From positions 49,662,001-49,726,000 of the forward strand of contig CAIIXF020000001.1 of the NCBI GenBank assembly GCA_903813345.2: a stretch of 64,000 nucleotides of DNA. Reading direction: 5' to 3'. Origin of the DNA: Owenia fusiformis. Taxonomy: Eukaryota. The notes under the pieces are model-generated. The model was not told the origin of the DNA and searched no databases. It saw only the letters and a program-made list of their open reading frames with translations. The position numbers and the translations under genes are program-made. Position 1 is the stretch's first letter; each line of letters starts with the position of its first letter. Below, piece after piece: positions 13,292 to 25,471 of the stretch.

Positions 13292-15003
13292 TTAGTGGAA
13301 CACTTTTTTAAAGTTTCAGTCCTTTATAACATGAAATAAATATAATATACTTTCGTGTAAAATTTATAAAGAATTAGGATTTTAGACCTACTGTTCAAAA
13401 TGGAATTATTTTATACATAATTAATAAAAAACTAATATTACATGCTTATTTCAACTGTTGAGTGTTTTTGTATAACTAGTTCATTCCTGTCGTTTCCATA
13501 TTATTCCATGTTGGATTCTTGATAAGGCTGGTATTTAATGTTAGGTTAACAAGGAATCTCTTGGGCTATCTATTACCCTTTACAAGAAACAGACTTCTCA
13601 TGCACTCTTAGTTGGAGACAGTTCAAGGTTATATGCTATTCAAAATAGTCAAAATATCATATTACAATATCATCTGCTTATAAGGAGCATTTTTGTCACT
13701 TTCAAATTCCCGTAAAATGTCATGAAAGCTAGATTGTTCTCAACATGTCCTAAGAACATGAAAACTGTAAAATCATTTGTGATTGTAAGAGGTTAGTGTG
13801 ACTAAATAGTTAGGATTCAGGGTAGCTATCTGTGTATCACCTGTACAGCTGTTAGGCTTTCTAGCATGTATCGCTAGAGGAATTACGTCAGTAAGGCATA
13901 ACACTGTATGTAGATAGCTACATACCTGAGTCCTAATACATCAGTTCTGGCTAAACAATCCATGTGTACCTGGCATACCATGACAGGTAAGTGCAAATGA
14001 AGATTTCCTCATTTTAATTCTATCTTAATTTTTGTTATATGAATATTAGAAAGTTGGTAATCTTATGGTAATTATCATTTAAGTACCAGGTCGTTCAATA
14101 AGTTTTTGGGAAAATGCTCTTTTTTCAAAAGTTTTTAATATTTTTTCATGAAATTTTCACATAACCTCCAAAAATATCTTGTTACTGTTTCATAAAATAT
14201 AAACACCCTGATTTGATTGGTCAAAAATAATGGTTACTATGGTACAAGATGACTGTAACTTTTGATGTCAAAACCATATATTTAAAATTGGAATTACCGT
14301 AATCTTTTAAGCTCTTAACATTTGTGTGATAATGACAACTGAATAAATTATCTGTAACACTGATCAAAGTAAAAAACCAACTTATTAACCAATTCATTAA
14401 ATATGAAAAACAAGATATACTCACACAAGTCAACTTTAGACCTAAATAAAATAAAGGAAAAAAATCATCATAGAATAAATAGAAATACATACGTTTTAAT
14501 TATGGACTATTGAATCTATTTTACCATATTGAGGATACCTATACACATGTAAATAAGCCAACTGGATAAACAGTTTCCTAGAATGCAGAATGCCAGATAA
14601 ATAAATGCTGAAATGATTTGTTTCTTTTTATTATATATTTTTGTTTCTATTTCTAAATGGCATACACATAAATCTAAACTAACTAGCTTCGTGAATGATT
14701 TTTTTTATTTATTTTTGCGTTATGTCAAGCCAACTTTTTTCAAATGAAATGTTTAGAGTGGGAAGTTTCAGTAAGGAGGCTAAATGTAGACAAGTATCAT
14801 CTAGCAATTAGCAAGAGATAGGTGCTAATAAGTTGCTATTTTGAGATCTGTAACGGAAATATAGTTCTTTGTTGATCTCAACAGATGCGATTGATGAAAT
14901 AATTTCAAGTAAATTATAACTTTTATTAATCTTATTCCTTCAAATTCATTAACCATTATACGCAGTTTAAAATTTACTTGTCCACAATGTATGTTCATCT
15001 TAA

Positions 15004-15413
15004 GGCCAGGGTGCATGTTCTGAATTTTTCTGCATTCCTTAGTTGAGTCACATGTTATTTTTCAAACAGGAATCACTCCTTCCACAGACTGTCTACATCT
15101 TCCAGTTTTGCACAAAGAGTGTACTTATGTGCCTAGAAAAGACTGGTGATTTGTTCTGTAAAATGTCTAAAAAATGAGAAAAATTCAGTGAAAAACATTT
15201 TTGAAAATTTTCTGAATTCTTTCTCTGAATTTTCTTGTTTTTTATACATTTTATCAAAACATTCTTCTTTACATTTTGTTCTTGGTACATTAGTGCACTT
15301 GTTGTGCAAAACTTAGAGATGTAGACATTGTGGGGAAGGAGTGATTCAAATTTGAAAAATAACATGTGACCCTATTGAGGGTTGCAGCAAATTTCCGAAC
15401 ATGCACCCTGACC
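15004..15413. mobile_element. TTAA-targeting MITE, Kolobok-like (GG termini)
   Basis: TTAA on both sides; long imperfect TIRs (GGCCAGGGTGCATGTTC... / ...GAACATGCACCCTGACC). The superfamily call is inferred from the TSD and purine termini. Confidence 0.75.
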
Positions 15414-15982
15414 TTAATCATGTCCTATAATCTCTGCAATTCAAATCTTCATTTTGAGAACATTCTCAGAAGTAACTCTTATATTTATCTGTGTTAAGGT
15501 CGGGATGACTTTCGAGAGCTATTGAATTGGTAACATTTATTATAACTGACATATAGGTCAATGGATGAGTTTGAGTTGCCTTTCCTAAATATATACTGGA
15601 ATTCCAAGTTTTTTTCTTGAACGTGAAAGAATTTCCTCAGTGTGTTTCATTACTGGATTTATCCTGAGCTTATTGGCTAGTAGTATACCCCCCTCTGTCC
15701 AATTATTTAACATTGTTGTATTTGGCCAACAAGAGATCATCAAAGAAACATACTTAAGTTCAAACCCACATTAAAATCTTGATTCTGTCAGATTTTGTCA
15801 CCTTTAGATTCTGAAAATAGAGTTCTGTCTCTGATTGTCCCAGATTTGAATTCAGTTTAAGGGATATTTTAAGAGGGAGATGTTGGTCACTGTTATAAAG
15901 GGTAATATAAGGTGAACTCTTCAGGAAGAGAGAAATACATTTCAAAGTTCACCTTAGCATTTCCTCAGGTAAAGTGTTTTGG

Positions 15983-17662
15983 TTTTATTATGTCCCCACC
16001 ACATAGTGTGGGGCCATATTGTCGGCCTAGGCGCGTCCGTCCGTCCGTCTGTCCGTCCGTCTGTCTGTCCGTCCGTCCGTCTGTCCGTCCGTACGTCCGG
16101 GAGTTTTCTCCAAAACCGCTACAGATATCACCTTCAAATTTTCAGGGATAACTTATGAGTGCATACAGATGTGGATGAAAAAAAATTAACTCGATACCTA
16201 CTTCCTGTCGGCCATTTTGAAGTCAAATGCTAAAATCCTTGTCTGCAAACTTTAAGAAAAACGGCTTCACAGTTGCTTTTAAAACTTTAACATCTTGTTC
16301 AACTCACTTCATTCTAGATCTGATTAGGTTTTGGACCTGTTAGCTCAGTCATGTCAGCCATTTTGAATGTCTTAAGAAAAGTTAGCGCACGATAATACTT
16401 TGTATCATATTGAATGGTGTTTTTGAGTTTTCATATTCTAACTATTTAGTAGCTTTATAAATAATTTCAGATGTACTTTGTTGTTAAAGCCTATGTTGTT
16501 GTTAACAGTATTTATATGTGATAATTTTGTAAAAAGAAATCAGCAAAAACTCATGATCACTTTTTTATTGTCAGCCATTTTTCCGTCCTAAAATCTTGTC
16601 TGTGGAGTCTTGTCTACGTGTTTTCAGGTGAACCGTTTGGTGCATCAATTCTTGATTTTCAGGGATGATTCTTAGTATAAAAATCTAGATCTGATTAGTT
16701 TTTTGGCATTCTGGGTAAATGTCAAGGCAGCCATTTTGGATTTTCCGTCCTAAAATCTTGTCTGTAAAGTCTTGTCTATGCGTTTTCAGGTGAACTGTTT
16801 GGTAGATCAATTTCAATTTTTCAGGGATGATCCTTAATATGAAAATGTACAACTGATTAGTTTTTTGGCATTCTGGGTAATTGTCAAAGCAGCCATTTTG
16901 GATTTTCCGTCCTAAAATATTGTCTGTAAAGTCTTGTCTACGCATTTCCAGGTGAACAGTTCTGTAGATCAATTTCAAATTTTCAGGGATGATTCTTAGT
17001 ATGAAAATCTAGATCTGATTAGTATTTGGGCATTCTGGGTAAATGCCAAGGCAGCCATTTTGGATTTTCCGTCGTAAAATCTTGTCTGTAGAGTTTTGTC
17101 TACGCATTTCCCGGTGAACCGTTTGGTAGATCAATTTCAAATTTTCAGGGATGATTCTTAATATGAAAATCTAGATCTGATCAGTTTTTTGGCATTCTTG
17201 ATAAATGTCAAGGCAGCCATTTTGGATTTTCCGTCTTAAAATCCTGCCCGTAAAGTCTTGTCTATGCGTTTTTAGGTGAACCGTTTTGTAGATCAATTTC
17301 AAATTTTCAGGGATGATTCTTAGTATGAAAATCTAGATCTGATTAGTTTTTTGGCATTCTGGATAAATGCCAAGGCAGCCATTTTGGATTTTCCGTCTTA
17401 AAATCCTGCCCGTAAAGTCTTGTCTACGCGTTTTTAGGTGAACCGTTTTGTAGATCAATTTCAAATTTTCAGGGATGATTCTTAGTATGAAAATCTAGAT
17501 CTGATTAGTTTTTTGGCATTCTAGGTAAATTTTAAGGTGGCCATTTTGGATTTTCTGTCATCAAATTGTGTCGGTAAAGTCTTGTCTACTCATTTTTAGG
17601 ATAACCATTTGACAGGATCACCCATAGGTGGGGACATTTTGTACACATTTGTGTTCTTGTTT
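15983..17662 (+). mobile_element. HINE/pearl-type non-autonomous Helentron-like element carrying a 162-bp satellite array
   Basis: Subterminal inverted repeats ATGTCCCCACC (15990) and GGTGGGGACAT (17627); (GTCC/GTCT)n microsatellite at ~16035-16098; tandem 162-bp monomers; T-rich ends. This design is described for bivalve CvA/pearl and HINE elements. Confidence 0.8.
16572..17620. repeat. 162-bp tandem repeat, about 6.4 copies
   Basis: (A/G)GCCATTTTGGA recurs at 16729, 16891, 17053, 17215, 17377 and 17539. Confidence 0.95.
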
Positions 17663-18560
17663 CCTCCTTAATAAAATATTATATTGGACATTAGCCAATC
17701 TTTTTTCTCTGTCTAATGAAATATGACAGATTGTCTTTTCAATAGTTTGATCTTAGTTTTGGGCATCGGGGTAATAAAATCTAATTAGATAATTATACAT
17801 ATATATTCCCAAATCATCTGTTTGGAAATACTCATTATTTTTTGGTAGATGTATGTCCTTACAAGAAAAAATCTGACTCAAGTTGATTGGTTTAAAAGTA
17901 AAACATATTAGTTTGATTTCCCCTAAGTTAACTGTTGCAGACATCTCGTCCTTCAACTGCATGAGAATTAGATTTTTCCAACTATAGCGGTTGATTCTGT
18001 GACATTTTCTGCTTCAATTGCTCGTTAATTACACTTAACGTCCCAGGGACTTATTTCTTTTCTTGCCTCTCAAATCATAACCCTTTTTCACAATTCAGTC
18101 TGATTTCTAAGTTATATATTTTTTCATCATAGTTTAAGCCCAGAAAATAGTAAAAACAACTACCCTGTCAATAGGACAAGATTATTGAAAAGGATAGTTT
18201 TATACCCTTGTTAATTGTTATGCATATGATTTAAAAACAGATATAATAGTTATCCAATCTTTATTGCATGTTCTTTATGAATAAATGTGATCATTCGAAG
18301 AATATTTTTCTGAACTAGCAGTCTTGATTAATCTTGATTAATTTACAGAAGTACATTAAAATGTCAAATCATTCATAAAAACATTTTGATGTTTGTTTGT
18401 GACAGAACTTTTAACATCATCAAGATCCTGAATATATTGACATGTAGCAATAATTCACATTTGCAGGTTTCAACCTAAAAGGTTTATAAAAGGAAAAAGT
18501 TCTTCATTAATGATTCTCTTGCGTAATACAGTTTCACTAATCCAATTGGTATGATTATCA

Positions 18561-18660
18561 CCCTTTTATAAGTCATTGCCCTTTTTATGACACTTAAAAG
18601 GCACTTCAGTCCCTTTTATAAGTCATCGCCCTTTTTATGACACTTAAAAGTTACTTCAGT
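18561..18660. repeat. 50-bp tandem duplication
   Basis: CCCTTTTATAAGTCAT.GCCCTTTTTATGACACTTAAAAG..ACTTCAGT, twice. Confidence 0.9.
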
Positions 18661-18984
18661 GTTGTCTTGTACTGATGGGTGTGTAGGCTTGGCCCATGAG
18701 AAATCTTGTTAGTAATTTAGTTATTTGAGATTTATAGAGATAAAAAAGCAGACTAGGTTTTTTTTTATATTAGGCTTTGGGTATGTTAGATACAGGGTGA
18801 TCCAGAAGTCAAAGATGTTGCCATTTCAATACTACTGGACCGATCTTCTTGAAACTTACAGATGTTCTCCAAACATTATTGAGTTAATAACGCGATAATA
18901 TAATTTATAAGGTTGCCATTTTGCTTTCCAATTGTGTTATTCATTAATAATATGTGTCTTTTTATAAACAGATTTTGTTACTGT

Positions 18985-19258
18985 CAGTGGCGTAGTGTGG
19001 GTATTTTATGAGTGTACGCCACGAGGGGGGGGTTCTTTCCCCCAAGAAAATTTGAAAAAATTAGATTGCATTTGAAGCGTTTTGGGGCGTTTTAAAATCC
19101 GAAATTCCGACTACGAAAAAATAATATGGATTAATAAAATGTTAGGCCATTACTTCAGAATATTAAACGTGGGTCATTTCAATATCAAAAAATTCACTTT
19201 TCTCTAAACTTTGAGAGTACGCTATAGCGTTTTATGCGTATATGACGCTACGCCACTG
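18985..19258. mobile_element. MITE with CAGTGGCGTAG TIRs and 5-bp TSD ACTGT
   Basis: CAGTGGCGTAG ... CTACGCCACTG flanked by ACTGT on both sides. Confidence 0.85.
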
Positions 19259-20009
19259 ACTGTGATAGTATATATATAAAAGTCCAAATCATACATAAGG
19301 GGCTCAGTGCTGTTGTAGGTAGGTGTCCATCATATCAATAAGAGTGGATTGCTGAATCATGTTAAATGCTGCTATTTTATTAGGATGTCTGTACAGTATT
19401 TGATTTAATCAATCAAGTTTTACCTGTAGATGACATTCAACCCCCTACTCCTCTCTCACTGTTAGTCTCTTACTGTCATCTTGATAGATCATCACATCTC
19501 CTTCATGTCCAAGTTGCAGACAGAGACTGTACTTAATTCTTGACTTACCATCTCAAAAAGATGGGTTCATGGACAACAGCTACCTTCTTGATGCTTTTGC
19601 CCTTTTCAGTTAGATTAAATAGTTTGATTTCTCTTCTTTGAAATAGAGATAGAGCTTCATTTTGTCTTATTTAGAGAGTGGTGATTAGAAATCATCAATT
19701 TTTCATTATTTTTAACATACTGGCTTATTGTATTTTATACAAAGTGTTGATAGGAATGCTAGTCTTGCATTACGACCCTGTACCCCTCTCTCTCTTCCCC
19801 ATTGAGAGTGTGTGATCACCATTGACACCACATGTACATGTTATACTCTCATAGACTGGTGGGCATATTTCGTGACTAGGTGAGCATGGCACTAGAACCA
19901 GAATTTCTCCTCTGTGGATCCCACAGCCTCCAACTTTAGAGCTTTATAAGCTTCTAAGCTTTAGAGGGATGGAGAAAGACTCTGGTAATTCAGAATGCAG
20001 AGAGGATAG

Positions 20010-20195
20010 ATCTTATTGCAAGAGATCCTATTAAGGATCTTAATGCAAGAGCTCTTAAGGAACTTGATGCAAGAGATCTTAATGATCTTGATGCAAGAGA
20101 TCTTAATGATTGTAATGCAGGAGATCTTAAGGAATTTAATGTCAGAGATTTTAAGAATTTTAATGCAAGAAATCTTAATAATCGTAATGCAAAAG
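20010..20195. repeat. 24-bp minisatellite, about 8 copies (ATGCAAGAGATCTTAAGGATCTTA-like)
   Basis: The periodicity also shows as MQEIL repeats in the ORF track. Confidence 0.85.
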
Positions 20196-22824
20196 TCTTT
20201 AGGGTCTTGATCCAAGGGTAAAGGAATGCCTCCTATTCTCTAATGTGAAATTTCATATCATAAATTCACAATTCTATAGTTCTTGAATAAGTCAGGGTGC
20301 ACTGATACCATTATTGATTGTGACAAGCTCAGTTTTTCTGTAACATAACAATAAATATTTACTCTTCTCTTTTCTTGGAAGCTAGGTACTTTGATGGAAC
20401 TGAGAAAATTGATATGTTTGCAAGACATTGATCTTGACTTAATGAGTGAGAAGTGAGAAGATATAAACATTTGAAGTGAGAACCAAATCAGGATCCAATT
20501 GTTTCACAAAATATTCCAAAATGATATTCCAAAATACTGTACTATATGTAATAATGTATCAACTAAAAATATGTTTTGAACAAAGCTAGTAAGCAATGAC
20601 AAATAACATTTGAAATAAGGCATATGAATTCATTAATATGATAAATGTTTTTATTGATGGTATAATGTCATAACTTTAAACATGTATCTTTACATGTACA
20701 CCGTCGAAGTACGGCATGCAATGTTCAATTATTTAATTTAGCTTCCTGTTTGTCTATTTCCTTGGGCTTATTTCCTTATTTTTTTCCATTTTATAACGTA
20801 CAAGTAAATATAAGGAGTATTGAATGATTCTCCATGGCATCTTGACATATTGAGGTATGAAATTAAATTTCCTCAGACTTAGGAATGTCAGGTATGGTAG
20901 TGTATGGTTATATGCCTGACTGATTGTGATAAACCTAACTAACCAAGGCACTGCCAAGTTTTGAGAGGTAATTACCTAAATCACAGATTTTCAAAGCATT
21001 TTCCTCAAGTATAATAACCCATAATAGATTTTATCCCTCTCCCAGGATGACTATCCATTATTAGCCCAAACTGTCCCTGAATGGATATGAACTTTGATCA
21101 ATGAAATATAATAATTAAGGCACTGGAGAAAGCAATGGGAAGGGGACATAAATTCTGGGGACACCAGAGGAGACTCTGGGGACTAATTCCTGTCATGCCC
21201 CATTATGGCAAATGATTGCCCCATCTCTTTCTCTATTTCCTCCTTCTTATGAATGGAGTACCCTTTATACTCAGGGTAATGATAGGGGTATGGTAAATTG
21301 GAATTCAGTCAGGACTTGAACTAAGGACCAGTCCGCTGGTCATTGCCAAGTTACGTTTGAAAAAGACCAGTTGATTTTTTCTCTACATGTAGGTATAGGA
21401 AAATAACATGGCAACTGGATCATAGTACCATTTTGACCAGCTCAAGAATTCTAGCTGACCCCCTTAATTCAGTACCACAGGACTTTTCATATTGACCTGT
21501 CTATACAGGATTGTACATCTGTTTTTGTTGTTTAACATTGCAATCATATTATTTGTGTCTCCAGGCATATAGAATATATCTGTTTCCTTTCATAGATGCA
21601 CTTATAGCACACTCATCCAGTAATTAGCTATTGATTTACATGTAGAAACAACTAAAAAGATGTGTTTCAGTAAGTAGCCAATTCAGTAGGGAACGGGATC
21701 AATTTTATTATGTTTTCGTACATAATTAATAAGAAGCTGTCATGTGCATTGAGCTGATATGATTAAATATGTCATCTTACTCTTTTGACATTTATACCAG
21801 AAGCAATTGTGCAATACTATAAATCAATATCCGAAAGCATAACACTGTAACAAACCATAGTTTTATGATCCTTTTATACCATGATATCCTGCAATTATGA
21901 GTCTATTAATGTTAATGGCACAAACATTGTTTCTGTTATGCCAGTATATATTGATATCTCTAGTTTTCATAAAGCCATATATAACCTCTCTCCCCTGGGC
22001 CCTCAGTAACATATCTAAAATTTCTCCCAGGATATACCTCATATCCAAAACCTCTTATAACATAACCCTCATATATCCAGAGTTGTTGTCCCAGATGTAT
22101 TGAAGTAGAATGACACGTTTGAATTTTCAATTGTTGCCCATTCTTCACTCACAGTACAGATTGGGATAAACAGTTTTGCCAGCATTTTCTTGAAATCTTC
22201 AAGGCTGGGCACATACTCAGAAAATTCTTGAAAATCTAGACTTGTGTTAACATTTATTCACGTGACAAATAATCCAAATCCAAATTAGATTAAAAATACT
22301 AATACAAATGAGATCTTGAAAAGTTCATCCAGGCATTAATAAAGAATCGATGCAGTGTATCACTTCTAAATCAATTCTACCCTCAGAGGTTAGTTGAGCA
22401 TTCACTTTTCTATCAACTTGAAAGCTAACTTTTGGTTGGCATTGAGAATTTATATTAGAATATTACTAGCCTGTACATATTTAGAAAATAGATTTAACTG
22501 AGAAGGTGTTAGACCAAAAATCGACACAAGAAACTACAAAAGGTATTATTTTAATGGCTTTTCATCTCTATGGCTTTCTGCAGTTTTATGTAGAATCAGA
22601 ATGTTAACACTGGGCCATAAATCAGTTAAAATCACATATACACGACATACAGCAAAACCTGAAATAGAGAATTTTCAGAAGATAATGCCCCAAGTCTATG
22701 CACATATTTTGATCCTATTAAACTTCACATTGGCTCTCCTGGTATATCATAATCTCAAAATATGGACACTTGAGACCTCTGGGCATATCATAATAGATAA
22801 AAATAGCTAAGGAAGATACATAAT

Positions 22825-23030
22825 GTTCACTTTAGGCACGTTTAACTAATTATTTATTTTAGGCATGTTTTGCTTAGTATTCAGTTTAGGCTGGTTTGAC
22901 TGTATTCACTTAAAGCAGGTTCATCAAGTATTTTCTTCAGGTAAGTTTTACTGAGTGTTCTTTTTAGGTTTTACTCAGTTTTCACTTTAGGCAAGTTTCA
23001 CTCATTGTTCACTTTTGGTGGGTTTTACTG
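22825..23030. repeat. Degenerate ~29-bp tandem repeat (TTCACTTTAGGCANGTTT...)
   Basis: About seven diverged units. Confidence 0.65.
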
Positions 23031-24543
23031 TACATACACGTAAAATTGATAATTGCAACTACCAATTTAGTTTGATGTGGCTTATCAAGCCAACAGGCAG
23101 GTTATTACTCAAACATGGCTCCTAGAAGCTCTCCGTATGAATTATTTAACGTGCAAAATGGAATATACTGAAGATCACCATGTTGTTGAGGATTAAAATG
23201 CATTTTAAATGATGATTTCAGGTAATTGCTTATAGCGTTAATTTCACTAAGTAACAAATTAATTAATTATTTAGTTATGTTCTTGTGTTTTATATAACAT
23301 GTCATTACTGGATGAATGTCAAAACTTTTCGATAAAACTGTATAATGCATATAAAACTTTATAATGCATCTTCATTTTGAGATAATACATTGAAATTTGA
23401 AGTAATACAATTTGGATTTTAGATAATAGTTTAATTGAGATAATATTGAGACGACACATTTCAATTTGAAATAACACCTTTGATTTTGCGATGATACCTC
23501 TAAATTTAAGTTACCTATGTATATATATACACTGAATTAAGGTTATTTTGTTAAAATTATACTAATTTGGGGTAATAAGTTCAATTATTTGAAACATGTG
23601 TAAACGTCTGATATTGTATTGTGTGGGACATAGTCATAATCCCGGGTTAGAATTATGCCCTCATAATATAAACTCTATGTCTTAAGTATCTGTTGTAAGT
23701 ATTCAACATGTGTTGTTTTATCAGCTTGTGATATAAGCATTGAGTATTATCATAAAAATGAGTTCAGTTAGTTTATTCTAGAAAAAATTCCAAAGTTTGA
23801 TTTATAAGAGAAATGTCTGTAAACAAAATATAAAAGTTCAGATCAATTAACCTACCGTATCTGCTCTTTTGAAATAAAGTTCATATAAATTAATCTGTTA
23901 CATATTTTTTGAAGATTTATTTTCTTACTCCAGAAAGGTTGTTGTAGACAAGTAAATTCTTTGTTATTTCCCATTTCCTTTTGATGATTTGGATCTCTGC
24001 AAAAATTGATAAAAAATAAAAGACCAAATAATAACAAATACCAACAAAGAAATGCATAAAGTCGCATTTACTGTATATGACGAGGCTGTGGTGTTGATGC
24101 AGTTGAAGAAATGGAAGGTGATATCTTTGTTGAACTTGAGTAAAATCTTTCATTCAGCCAAGTTTAGTACCCTGATCCCCTGAAGCTAACAGAAATTGGT
24201 AACCTCTGGCTAGGACAGCAAATGTTTCAGTTTTTAGGGTAAGAAGATGTTGGCCCTTCATGGGAGTTTGAATATTGATAAACGCCAGCTACATATGAAG
24301 GTATATGATTACAGCATATGACTCCAAATCTGGTTGTGCCTAATCTAAATTTTGATATATGACTATGTGTTGTCTAATCTGTTGCAAATGGCTGGATTAT
24401 GGTTCAAGAAATGAAGATGAAACTCTCTTTTAAAAATGTGAAATAAAACATTTGAAAGCTCCATGTCATTGATCCAACTTGAACCAGACCATTTCTCTCT
24501 CTAAAATGAACAATTGGTTTGACTCCTGATCTAATGATTTAGC

Positions 24544-24576
24544 CATGGGCTTTCAACTCTAAGTTGAAAGCCCATG
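24544..24576. mobile_element. 33-bp palindromic transposon remnant with 7-bp TSD ATTTAGC
   Basis: CATGGGCTTTCAACT-CTA-AGTTGAAAGCCCATG flanked by direct repeats. Confidence 0.8.
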
Positions 24577-25277
24577 ATTTAGCTAAGCATTAAAACTGAA
24601 CAATTTGATTTTTGCATTCGCTAGATTCTGGATTCTGAAGAAATGTGAACATATTCTCGGTACATATTTATTGATCATTTGACCACATAGCTTTATGGCA
24701 TTTCAAAAATTTGAAAATCCGATTCAAATGAATCTAGTCATGCTGGTAAGCCCTATTATAATCAAGACCATTCAAGTTTGAAATTTGAAAATATAAGACA
24801 GGTTAATTTTTCAAATATGGATGTTCACTGTTCAAATCGAGAGGTGTTCACATTTTAAGTTTTTTTTAACATGGGTGTCAATGGGAGGAAAAAATGGGAC
24901 TGAAAAAGGTGTTTAGATTGGGAGGTGTTCGGATTAGCCAGGTGCTCAGATATACAGGTTCTACTGTAGTAACATAGCAGCAAGAGGAACATCTGAGAAT
25001 AATGATATAAACTCAGAACTTATTATGTTGAAGATATGTTGCTGGTAATTGAAGATGATCAAAAAATTATTAATCTGGATGATATTTTATCCAATTAGAT
25101 AATATGTCAGTTCTGAGCAAAAGCATGATGATCACAGATTATAATGTCACTTTATTTAATTAAGTGTAGCATTTAAGCTAATTATGATGAAGAAACTAGA
25201 TCAATCTAGCAGTTGGATTGTAGCTGGTATATTCAGCATGTAAAATTATAATACCAGACTCCAGTCACATTATATAG

Positions 25278-25471
25278 CAGGCCCGTAACCAGGATTTGCC
25301 AAGGGGGGTCACTTTTTGAAAAATTCCAGTGGGAAGTTCACTTTTGACAATTTTGGTTCAAAAATGGCCAAAATCACTTGCTCAGAATGGTGAAAACTGC
25401 ATGATTTTGAAATAATTTTTGGCCAGGGGGGTTCGCTCGAACCCATCGTAATCCCCCTTGCAACGGGCCCG
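25278..25471 (+). mobile_element. MITE family B (CAGGCCCGTA termini), TSD TATAG
   Basis: TIRs and a 5-bp TSD; homologous to 42069-42237, 57138-57331 and a fragment near 9370-9482. Confidence 0.85.

Noticed and set aside
16685..16978. 97-aa minus-strand ORF with internal duplication
   Set aside because: Reads through the 162-bp satellite monomers.
20016..20210. MQEIL-repeat ORF (and its antisense ORF) as a coiled-coil protein
   Set aside because: By-product of a 24-bp minisatellite; no splice signals linking it to the gene.
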